A DNA stretch of 39,538 nt, taken from Candidatus Izemoplasmatales bacterium. GTDB lineage: Bacteria; Bacillota_I; Bacilli_A; Izemoplasmatales; Hujiaoplasmataceae. The DNA lies in contig JBFXGX010000016.1 of the NCBI GenBank assembly GCA_050177605.1, positions 1-39,538 on the forward strand. The letters run 5' to 3'. Below the pieces are notes generated by a model. That model was not told where the DNA came from and ran no database searches. It was given only the letters and a program-made list of their open reading frames with translations. Below are positions 1 to 7,839 of the stretch, piece by piece. Each line of letters opens with the position of its first letter. The first letter of the stretch is position 1. The translations under genes and the position numbers were made by a program.

Positions 1-314
1 CCGATTCTTGTCATATTCGCATCAAGATGACACATTCCTCCTGTATGAAGTTGAATAACTCTTGCGCCTGTTTCAGCAATCGTTAAAGCATCAACATCAC
101 TATCAATATCCGCTTCAATCACCCCGAAACGACATGTTGATTTTAAATCATTTATTGTTCTTTTTAGTGTTGTTGTTTTTCCTGAACCTGGAGAAGACAT
201 CACATTGACTAAAAAGGTGTTTTCTTCTCTTACTGATTCCCTTACTTTTTTTGCTTCTTCATCATTTTTTGCATAGACGTTTTTTTGAATATCAATTACT
301 CTAAACTTGTCCAT
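1..314 (-). CDS. hypB: Hydrogenase nickel incorporation GTPase HypB (5' part; runs off window start)
   Basis: Not in the ORF track. Manual translation from ATG at 314 gives MDKFRVIDIQKNVYAKNDEEAKKVRESVREENTFLVNVMSSPGSGKTTTLKRTINDLKSTCRFGVIEADIDSDVDALTIAETGARVIQLHTGGMCHLDANMTRI. It has the P-loop SSPGSGKTT, IEAD and the metal-binding TGGMCHLDA motif typical of HypB. SD AAAGGGGA lies upstream. Confidence 0.9.
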   Translation of the reverse strand, partial: MDKFRVIDIQKNVYAKNDEEAKKVRESVREENTFLVNVMSSPGSGKTTTLKRTINDLKSTCRFGVIEADIDSDVDALTIAETGARVIQLHTGGMCHLDANMTRI

Positions 315-332
315 TGGTATCCCCTTTCAAAA

Positions 333-413
333 AGATAACGTTTGTTATCTATTTCCACAAATACTATAACATAGTAAGAATCATATTTCAATATAAAAAA
401 TAACGTTCGTTAT
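333..413. promoter_or_regulatory. Two copies of a palindromic operator ATAAC-GTTY-GTTAT flanking the hypB promoter
   Basis: AGATAAC-GTTT-GTTATCT at 333-350 and ATAAC-GTTC-GTTAT at 400-413. Confidence 0.65.
363..391 (-). promoter_or_regulatory. Sigma-A type promoter of hypB
   Basis: Minus strand TTGAAA (391-386), 17-bp spacer, then TATAGT (368-363) preceded by an extended -10 TGn. Confidence 0.65.
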
Positions 414-422
414 GTTTTTGAC

Positions 423-455
423 AAAAGAAAAAACTCTCACGTCAATGAGAGTTTT
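423..455 (-). terminator. Intrinsic terminator after phd-doc
   Basis: Stem AAAACTCTCA (430-439) / TGAGAGTTTT (446-455) with a 6-nt loop, followed on the minus strand by a U-rich tract. Confidence 0.75.
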
Positions 456-828
456 AGATTATTATTGTTTTTACCCAGTTTAGCAAATCAGGGTACCCCA
501 TTTTGTTACTGGCAACATCAAATCCTACTTGTATTACCTCTTCATTTGAAGGGAAATAAGAATAGCCTAAATAACGCAAAAAGAGAGCTTATAAGTGCAT
601 AGAGATTCTTTTGTTTCCATCAATAAAAGGATGACTTGTATTAAGATTAAAAGATAAACGGCATATTTTTTCAACATCCGAAGGATACAAATCTTTTCCC
701 ATAAATGTTTGATATACCGATGAAATAGCTGAATCCAGAATATTCATATCTTTGATACCAAATATTCCACCAGTAGCGTTGATCATTCTCTTTTGTAGTT
801 CAATTATAAAATCAATGGTAATAATCAT
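454..828 (-). pseudogene. doc: Doc (death-on-curing, Fic family) toxin interrupted by an in-frame TAA
   Basis: Doc motif HPFIDGNKR is present. After TAA at 591-589 the same frame continues ALFLRYLGYSYFPSNEEVIQVGFDVASNKMGYPDLLNWVKTIII to TAA at 456-454. This restores a ~124-aa Doc-sized protein with a typical Doc C-terminus. Confidence 0.8.
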
Positions 829-1073
829 TTCGCCAATGTTTTATACGCAACTTCATATTCGCATAATAATTGGTCTGATAGGTACTTAAGCTTCATTTTT
901 TCATATTCATTTACGAATTCTTCTCCCATGGTTTCAATATCCATCAGAATAAAAGCAGGTTTATTTCTTCTAAATATAACAGTGTCTCCATATTTTTCAG
1001 CAGTTTTAGCTACTTTATTGAAATTTTGATTTGCTTCAGTTACGCTAACAATTCGATTTGATGTAATGATCAT
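825..1073 (-). CDS. phd: Phd/YefM family antitoxin
   Basis: N-terminal IVSVTEANQNFNKVAK...VIFRRNKPAFILM pattern of Phd/YefM; 82 aa; ATGA overlap with doc; SD GGAGGTGG. Confidence 0.85.
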   Translation of the reverse strand: MIITSNRIVSVTEANQNFNKVAKTAEKYGDTVIFRRNKPAFILMDIETMGEEFVNEYEKMKLKYLSDQLLCEYEVAYKTLAK

Positions 1074-1095
1074 CTTACCACCTCCATTTGAATAT

Positions 1096-1128
1096 ATTAT
1101 ACCATATTATAGGTTATTTTCAACCTAT
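1096..1128 (-). promoter_or_regulatory. phd-doc promoter with overlapping palindromic operator
   Basis: Minus strand TTGAAA (1123-1118), 16-bp spacer, TGg-TATAAT (-10 at 1101-1096). The inverted repeat ATAGGTT-N6-AACCTAT (1109-1128) covers the -35. Confidence 0.7.
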
Positions 1129-1139
1129 TTTAATTCATA

Positions 1140-3275
1140 TTAATCTACCTTTTGATAGATAAATAGAACATCTCCACTTGTCCTTTGAAGATACTCATAA
1201 TCACCGACAATTAAATAGTAATCACTTGTGTAAACCATCGACAAAACAAGAATGTTTTCTCCAGCATTATCTCCAGGTTCAATCGTCCAAGTTCCTGTAT
1301 TAATGGAAATATACCCAGAACCATCATTTAGTTGATATTCTTCTTTCCAAGTACCATCTTGATAGACTTCAATATAGTTATAGGTCACGAGTACTTGATT
1401 GTCTGATCGACTAATAAAATTATACCGTCCGACAACAGTACTTGCGCAAGGCGTCGTCACGCCGCCTTCGTAAGTAATATTGATACGTTGAAAGTCGATA
1501 TAATAGAAGTCGTATCCATTGGAATACTCTACTAAAACACCAATTTCATTATCACCAATTTCTAAATCGAATTCTTTATAAAGATAACCATATTCATCCG
1601 TTGTATACGGCCCTCCTACTAGCGTATCACCTTGATAGAAAGTATAAACTATGGAAGTAGATTCTTCAACGGTAAAAGCTAAGACGACTTTATTTTGAAG
1701 AGAACAAGACATCAGTGAATTATGCGACGTTGTTAAAGTGATTTGATCGTTTTCGATATCTTCCCAAACTTGATTATCTAAGACTGTATCATAATCGGTT
1801 AAGTAGAGCGAACTAAGTTCTGGAAATACATCACGACCAATCGTTCCATCAAGTGTCTCAAGGTACCACTGATCCATCTGGTCGTAATCAACTAATGCAC
1901 TGGTGCCAATGAATAAAATTTGGTCGTAAAGAATCGTTCCAGATTCATCGATCATAGCGGCATTTGCCCCACTTGAATAAGGTAAAAATGCATTGTTAGA
2001 AAACTCAACATAACGGTCGCTCATTCCTGGATAATTCGGATCGGCAACATAGATTTTTCCATTCACAAACTTATAAGCAAGGATAGCGTGTCCCGATACG
2101 ATATCTCCAAAAGAATCATGCGAATAAATCGCCATAAACTGCGGTTCTCCTGTGATATACATCGCATATCCAAAAGCATAATAAACCCAGTTTTGATGAT
2201 CAGTACCATAATCGATATAATTGATAAATTCTTCATCGTACCAATCAATCGATGTTTGAACTGTGGAAGCAAAACGATATCCATTGGAGTCATCCTGCCA
2301 AAATGAAGTCGTAGCGCTTAAACCATTATTATCAAATAATCCGAATAAATGATTTTGATTCTCTTTTAACACTTTTTCTGTGTAATAATATCCCATCGTT
2401 AACGTCTGACCGGCACAGTGTCCACTAGGTGCGATGTAGGACCCATAGTTCGTAAACTGCCAGTCATCAATTCCCGGTGTAAATCCAGTGTCGAACTGGT
2501 TCACATAGGTAGATGTAATATGATCTAAATCTTCAAAACTAATTTTCGAGATGACAATCGAAGAAAAATGATTTGTCACCAAAGTGATTTCTTCTGTTGT
2601 TAAATTTGATACAGGAATCGCTTCTAATTCCAAGGTGTCGCTATCATAATAAAACCCCATCGCAAACTCATCTTCTTCAATGGAGATTGGGATGGTTAAC
2701 GTCATTGGATAGGTTGCGTATTGATGTGAATAATCAATCGTAATCAAAGGTGATACTGGCGTAAAATATTCTCCAAAATCATGACGCTCGATTTCTTGAT
2801 AGGATATTGTAAATGTTTCATCATCTTCAAAAGAAAAAGAATCGACAACGAGTTCTAATCCATACAGTATAGAATCTTCATCATCTATAAAAATATCACT
2901 ACCAAAGAAGCTCACTGTCGAAGTTGACAAGGTAACTTCTTCACCAAGTTGTAAACTTGGGGTGAATGTATCTGGTTTCTTCACAAGAGAAACAATAACA
3001 ATGATGACGATCATACTACCAAGAACCCCAAGAGAGATATAACGATTCCGTTTTACACTTAAGAATTTGAGGACTCTTGGTTTCGCAAAGACATATAATT
3101 TCTTTAAACTTTCGACTACCCAAATCGAGAAAAGAATCAAATAGGTGAGTGCCTTTTTCAAAATCAGTATTATGATATCTATCGCTTTTATTAACACACT
3201 TCCAGTTTCTTTTTGACACTTTGGACAAATTCGGTTCGTGACTTTTACGTCTTCGCCGCAACTCTTACATTTCAT
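1140..3275 (-). CDS. Membrane-anchored protein: N-terminal zinc ribbon, TM helices, extracellular papain-like (Cys-His-Asp) domain
   Basis: CKSC-x11-CPKC at the N-terminus; hydrophobic segments near aa 30-55 and 80-98; WQFTNY, GHCAG, GHAILAY and YVADPNYP motifs in the order of a papain-fold catalytic triad; beta-rich acidic C-terminus. Confidence 0.6.
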   Translation of the reverse strand: MKCKSCGEDVKVTNRICPKCQKETGSVLIKAIDIIILILKKALTYLILFSIWVVESLKKLYVFAKPRVLKFLSVKRNRYISLGVLGSMIVIIVIVSLVKKPDTFTPSLQLGEEVTLSTSTVSFFGSDIFIDDEDSILYGLELVVDSFSFEDDETFTISYQEIERHDFGEYFTPVSPLITIDYSHQYATYPMTLTIPISIEEDEFAMGFYYDSDTLELEAIPVSNLTTEEITLVTNHFSSIVISKISFEDLDHITSTYVNQFDTGFTPGIDDWQFTNYGSYIAPSGHCAGQTLTMGYYYTEKVLKENQNHLFGLFDNNGLSATTSFWQDDSNGYRFASTVQTSIDWYDEEFINYIDYGTDHQNWVYYAFGYAMYITGEPQFMAIYSHDSFGDIVSGHAILAYKFVNGKIYVADPNYPGMSDRYVEFSNNAFLPYSSGANAAMIDESGTILYDQILFIGTSALVDYDQMDQWYLETLDGTIGRDVFPELSSLYLTDYDTVLDNQVWEDIENDQITLTTSHNSLMSCSLQNKVVLAFTVEESTSIVYTFYQGDTLVGGPYTTDEYGYLYKEFDLEIGDNEIGVLVEYSNGYDFYYIDFQRINITYEGGVTTPCASTVVGRYNFISRSDNQVLVTYNYIEVYQDGTWKEEYQLNDGSGYISINTGTWTIEPGDNAGENILVLSMVYTSDYYLIVGDYEYLQRTSGDVLFIYQKVD

Positions 3276-3506
3276 ATGGTTTCCCCCCCCACATTCAACT
3301 TTATATCTTCTTTTTTACAATGATTTATCTTGTGTGTCAATACAACCTAGAAAAATCATCACAAAATTATCAAAAAAGTCGTACTTTTATCGAGATATTC
3401 ATCTATTTCACTTTTTTCCAATAAAGTCAACAAGTTGGTTGTTTACCTATACGTTGTAATGATTTATTAAAATCATTGTATGATAAAAAAAGTATGCTTG
3501 ATAAAC

Positions 3507-3536
3507 ATTGACAATAGTCAATAAGTATACTATGAT
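3507..3536 (+). promoter_or_regulatory. Sigma-A promoter of the ABC/lipoprotein operon with overlapping inverted repeat
   Basis: TTGACA (3508-3513), 17-bp spacer, TATGAT (3531-3536). The inverted repeat ATTGAC-AATA-GTCAAT (3507-3522) overlaps the -35. Confidence 0.75.
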
Positions 3537-3581
3537 AGACTTATCTTTTATTATATGATAGTGAATTTGTTAGGGGAAAAA

Positions 3582-5780
3582 ATGGCTTACTTACTTATAT
3601 TTGTCTTCACTACTCTTTTTGTTTTCTTGATTCATGCAAGAACTATCTTTTTCAAACAATCGGTCGTATTACAATTAAAAATAGCGTCAATTTTATTGCT
3701 TGGCGTTTTTATGATACGACTTTTTTCAAGTGATGCCATTAATAATGTATTTAACTTATTACTAATCGACATAGATACACCAGTGAACTCCTATGATACT
3801 TGGATTGACGGGTCTTCTATGTCTATTTTTATGATTTTCTTACGTTGGGCAGGAATCGTCATTTTATTGTTTGCGGTTTTACAACCTTTCTTTCATTTGA
3901 AAAGAGTCAAAATAATCACTGGTTTGTTCGGTGTACTCATTTCAATCACAAGCATTATATTCTTCAATGAAATGATATATATGTTCATCCTTGAACGTGA
4001 AATTGATTTCAGCAATATTCGTGTCGCAGAGTACCTTGTGGAACTTTCCTTATTACTCGCTATTTCTGGATCCATCTTATTTGATTCAATCAGAAAAAAG
4101 GAGTTTACGAATTACAAAGAAGTGTTATTTGCTTTCCTCATCTTCTTCTTTGCAAGTTTTGCTTTAATTCCTCAATCCTTCTTTTACAATATGTTTGGAA
4201 ATTTCGGAAAAACGCCGAAAGGATTCAACTTCACTCACACTTTATTTACCCTGATATCATTTGGTTTTCCTCTTATTGGTTATATCGTGATGAACAAAAG
4301 AAACCAACTCCAAAAGGATTTCTTTATCACCTTCATCGCTTTTGCGGGATTCTTCCAATATTTCTCTTATCGTCAATCAGGACTAGGAGGATTACCTTTA
4401 CACTTATGTAATACAGCGATTATCTTAATGGTCATTAGTGCTGTCTTTAGAGTCAAAGGAATTTTTTATTTTAATTACTTTGCGAATGTTCTTGGTGCAC
4501 TCGCCGCAATTCTATTCCCAGATATTTCTGGAGACTTCTTCTCAACTGGTGCAATGCGTTACTACTTTAATCACTGGTATGCATTTGCATGGCCAATCCT
4601 TGCGGTCGCATTACATACCTTTGATAGACCAAAACTCAAAGATATGTATAAAGCCATCTTTGTACTAAGTATCTATTTCATTTTGATGTTATTTGTGAAT
4701 GCTTGGTTTAATAATTATCAAACTGTTGATTATTTCTTCGTCTATGGCAATCACTTAACCGATATGTTCAATATCACAAGTATTCAGTATCACCACACTA
4801 TTTCATTCAATTTTAGAGACTTAACCTTCACTTTCTTCTGGTTGTATCAGCTCCTCTTCTACTTTAGTTTCATCACATTGATGTTTCTTAGTTGGTATGT
4901 ATATGATGCATTCTTCCAATACGCCGATGCGATGGATATATTACATCAAAAACAAGCAAAGATGCGTTATGATGAACTTGAACTAGAAAGATTACTAGAT
5001 GGTAGAAGTACGTCTGAACCAATCAACCCTGGAGGTAGCGACATGATAAAAATTTCACACTTTTCAAAAAGATATGGTCATTCATCTAAATACGCTGTCA
5101 AAGATTTCTCGCTAGAAGTACATAAAGGAGAAGTGTTTGGCTTTTTAGGTCATAACGGTGCTGGAAAATCCACAACGATTAAAAGTTTAGTCGGCATTCA
5201 ATCGATTAGTGAAGGTGAAATGGAGATTTGCGGATATTCGATTAAAACACAACCATTAGAAGCTAAATTACAAATCGGATATGTGTCTGATAATCATGCC
5301 GTCTATGAGAAACTGACAGGAAGAGAATATATTCATTATGTTGCGGACCTTTATCAGGTTGATCCTATCTTACGTGATGAAAGACTGGTTAAATTACTCG
5401 ATGAGTTTAGTTTAGCTTACGCGATTGACCAAGAAGTCAAATCCTACTCTCATGGAATGAAACAAAAACTTGTCGTCATCGCTGCGCTCATTCATGAACC
5501 ACCAGTTTGGATTCTCGATGAACCACTCACAGGACTTGACCCAACAAGTGCATATCAAATCAAAGAATCAATGAAAGAACATGCAAAAAAAGGAAATATC
5601 GTATTCTTCTCAAGTCATGTTATCGAAGTTGTAGAAAAGATTTGTGACCGTATTGCGATTATTACTAAAGGCGAATTACAAGGAATCTATGATATGAACG
5701 AAATCAGGAAAAACAATATTTCTTTAGAAGAACTCTATATGAGTAAAATCCTCCCAAAAGAAAAGAGTAAAGATGCTTAA
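3582..5780 (+). CDS. Fusion of a polytopic YwaF/TMEM164-like membrane domain and an ABC ATP-binding domain
   Basis: Start placed at ATG 3582 after SD AGGGGA. Many TM helices with LPLHLC, GALAAILFPD and YYFNH motifs. The C-terminal ABC domain has Walker A GHNGAGKST, signature YSHGMKQK, Walker B WILDEP and H-loop SSH. Confidence 0.85.
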   Translation: MAYLLIFVFTTLFVFLIHARTIFFKQSVVLQLKIASILLLGVFMIRLFSSDAINNVFNLLLIDIDTPVNSYDTWIDGSSMSIFMIFLRWAGIVILLFAVLQPFFHLKRVKIITGLFGVLISITSIIFFNEMIYMFILEREIDFSNIRVAEYLVELSLLLAISGSILFDSIRKKEFTNYKEVLFAFLIFFFASFALIPQSFFYNMFGNFGKTPKGFNFTHTLFTLISFGFPLIGYIVMNKRNQLQKDFFITFIAFAGFFQYFSYRQSGLGGLPLHLCNTAIILMVISAVFRVKGIFYFNYFANVLGALAAILFPDISGDFFSTGAMRYYFNHWYAFAWPILAVALHTFDRPKLKDMYKAIFVLSIYFILMLFVNAWFNNYQTVDYFFVYGNHLTDMFNITSIQYHHTISFNFRDLTFTFFWLYQLLFYFSFITLMFLSWYVYDAFFQYADAMDILHQKQAKMRYDELELERLLDGRSTSEPINPGGSDMIKISHFSKRYGHSSKYAVKDFSLEVHKGEVFGFLGHNGAGKSTTIKSLVGIQSISEGEMEICGYSIKTQPLEAKLQIGYVSDNHAVYEKLTGREYIHYVADLYQVDPILRDERLVKLLDEFSLAYAIDQEVKSYSHGMKQKLVVIAALIHEPPVWILDEPLTGLDPTSAYQIKESMKEHAKKGNIVFFSSHVIEVVEKICDRIAIITKGELQGIYDMNEIRKNNISLEELYMSKILPKEKSKDA

Positions 5781-7383
5781 TCGTCTTCGAATCCTGATTC
5801 TCTTACAGTTATCGAATAAATCTAAAATGATTCAAAAAAATTCAAAACGAATCTATAGTTACTATGCGATGCGTTTATTGATGGTCATCTTTTTATCGGT
5901 AATGATGGGATTCTTATTAGATGCAATTAAAAATATTGTTTATATCCCGGTCAATGAGTACTTTTTGATTTCAGTGATTTTATTTACCCAAATACTAAGT
6001 ATTGTGTCTTCAATTCTTGGATTATCGAATGATATTTACCATAGTAAAGACAATCAAATATTGCTTACCTTGCCTGCAAAAAATGATGAAATCTTTATGT
6101 CGAAACTGATTGTCTACTATCTGAGTGAATTTACCAAAAACTTCTACTTCTTACTTCCTTTCCTCATTGCCTATGGAGCGATGTCTAAACTTGGTTTCTT
6201 TTATTTCTTAAATATCATTCCCGTGATGATCTTATTACCGTTTATTGCCGTATTTCTAGCATCACTTCTTTCAATTCTCGTTACAATCATCGATACGTTT
6301 TTATCAAAGCATCCTTGGTTATCGTTTGTCGTCACGATACTAGCGATCATTTTATTGTTCGTTCTTGTATACTACGGAATATCGTTCATTCCAGAAAGAA
6401 TAAGAATTGTCGAATTATACAATAGTTTCATTGTAGGACTCACTAAGTTCTTACAAGCCGTTGCCTCCATCGGAACCATTTATACGATGATTGGCAAAAT
6501 GCTTGCGGGCATCCATGTCTTGTTATCATATGGATTGATTCTTCTTACTGTTGTGCTTTTATTTGTCATGAACTATTTAATCAGTCGACCCCTCTTCTTC
6601 TATCTAACTTCTAAGGCGAGTGAACAAGCTTCGGAAAAGAAACATCGGGTGAAAAGAGAAAAAAGACGAGGGTTATTTTGGACTTTTCTAAGGAAGGAAC
6701 TGATTATTGCCTCTCGTAGTCCAAATGAACTATTAAATAATTATGCCGTACTTTTATTCTTACCGATGATTATGTACGCGCTTAATTCTATTTATATGGG
6801 ATTGAATCGTTCTAGTTTTGGAAATCAACTCGTCATTATCTTCAATATCTTAATCGCTCTCACCCTGATTACCGCTTCCTCAAGCGCTAGTGCGACCGCG
6901 ATTACTGTTGAAGGAAGTGAATTTGTTTTATTAAAAACATCCCCTTCAAAAACGAAAATGATCGCTTGGGCAAAAATGGCATTTCATTTTGTGCTTTCAA
7001 GTTTGTTGCTATTGATGTCTTTTATTTTATTTCAAATTGCACTACCGATATTTGATAAAACAACGATTTGGCTCATTTTCACTTTTGCATTTTTCTTTAA
7101 TGCCAGTCAAATTCTGTGGTCATTCCAACTCGATGTGGTCAGTCCTAAACTATCTGAGTATGCCTCGACAGGATCCCTTTCTGAAAACACCAATATTCGT
7201 CAATCGCTAACCAATGGATTTATGATATCATTATTTTTTACGTTAGGGAGTATTTTATTACTTCTGCTCTTTCCTAAAGAAGCGTGGTATGTAATGATTG
7301 GTGTTTCATTATCATGGTTTCTTTTTAGACTCAAGAATTTCCATGATTATCTTGAAGCTTATTTCATCGATATTGAATATTAA
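5773..7383 (+). CDS. ABC-2 type exporter permease (double membrane domain)
   Basis: 536 aa with ~12 TM helices in two halves (IYHSKDNQILLTLP...SKL and EGSEFVLLKTSP...AKM loops). Overlaps the ATPase gene. Confidence 0.8.
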   Translation: MLNRLRILILLQLSNKSKMIQKNSKRIYSYYAMRLLMVIFLSVMMGFLLDAIKNIVYIPVNEYFLISVILFTQILSIVSSILGLSNDIYHSKDNQILLTLPAKNDEIFMSKLIVYYLSEFTKNFYFLLPFLIAYGAMSKLGFFYFLNIIPVMILLPFIAVFLASLLSILVTIIDTFLSKHPWLSFVVTILAIILLFVLVYYGISFIPERIRIVELYNSFIVGLTKFLQAVASIGTIYTMIGKMLAGIHVLLSYGLILLTVVLLFVMNYLISRPLFFYLTSKASEQASEKKHRVKREKRRGLFWTFLRKELIIASRSPNELLNNYAVLLFLPMIMYALNSIYMGLNRSSFGNQLVIIFNILIALTLITASSSASATAITVEGSEFVLLKTSPSKTKMIAWAKMAFHFVLSSLLLLMSFILFQIALPIFDKTTIWLIFTFAFFFNASQILWSFQLDVVSPKLSEYASTGSLSENTNIRQSLTNGFMISLFFTLGSILLLLLFPKEAWYVMIGVSLSWFLFRLKNFHDYLEAYFIDIEY

Positions 7384-7394
7384 GGAGGACCTCT

Positions 7395-7826
7395 ATGACA
7401 AAAAAATTACTATTAATCGTTGTTGTTGTAATGAGTTTATTATCTGTCATTTTAATTGCTGTTTGGGGAACGTTACCAGAAAGTCAAAACCTCCCAAGGG
7501 CTTCTTATATTTCCTTACAAAACTATGAATTTAACGAAGATAATGAAAAAATTATCAATGTATATGGCGTCGTTACAAATGAGAGTCCCTATTACACATT
7601 GACTTATGTCTTTTCACCAGATAATGCACTCGTTGATTTCAATGTCACCTCATCTTCTGATGATGTTACAGTCCTTCTCGATGTGATTAATCATGAAATC
7701 TTAGTCAATTTTAGCACTTCTTCATCAATTGGAAAAAGCGTCACGATTAGATTATTAGATCGACTCACAAACCAATATGATGAAGTTACACTAATATTTA
7801 AATTACCAATCATTATTACAGAATAA
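7395..7826 (+). CDS. Small N-terminally membrane-anchored protein, beta-rich (Ig-like) extracellular domain
   Basis: SD AAGGAGG; MTKK plus a hydrophobic anchor; alternating beta-strand pattern. Confidence 0.7.
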   Translation: MTKKLLLIVVVVMSLLSVILIAVWGTLPESQNLPRASYISLQNYEFNEDNEKIINVYGVVTNESPYYTLTYVFSPDNALVDFNVTSSSDDVTVLLDVINHEILVNFSTSSSIGKSVTIRLLDRLTNQYDEVTLIFKLPIIITE

Positions 7827-7839
7827 AAAAGGAGAACAA

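Noticed and set aside
589..591. Stop-codon reassignment or programmed readthrough in doc
   Set aside because: TAA terminates many genes in this window, and TGA and TAG are also used as stops. A point mutation or sequencing error is simpler.
454..1128. Mobile element carrying the TA module
   Set aside because: No transposase, integrase, terminal repeats or target duplications were seen.
3238..3459. 73-aa plus-strand ORF in the divergent intergenic region
   Set aside because: It overlaps the start and promoter region of the 711-aa gene, has no SD, and has low-complexity AT-rich composition.
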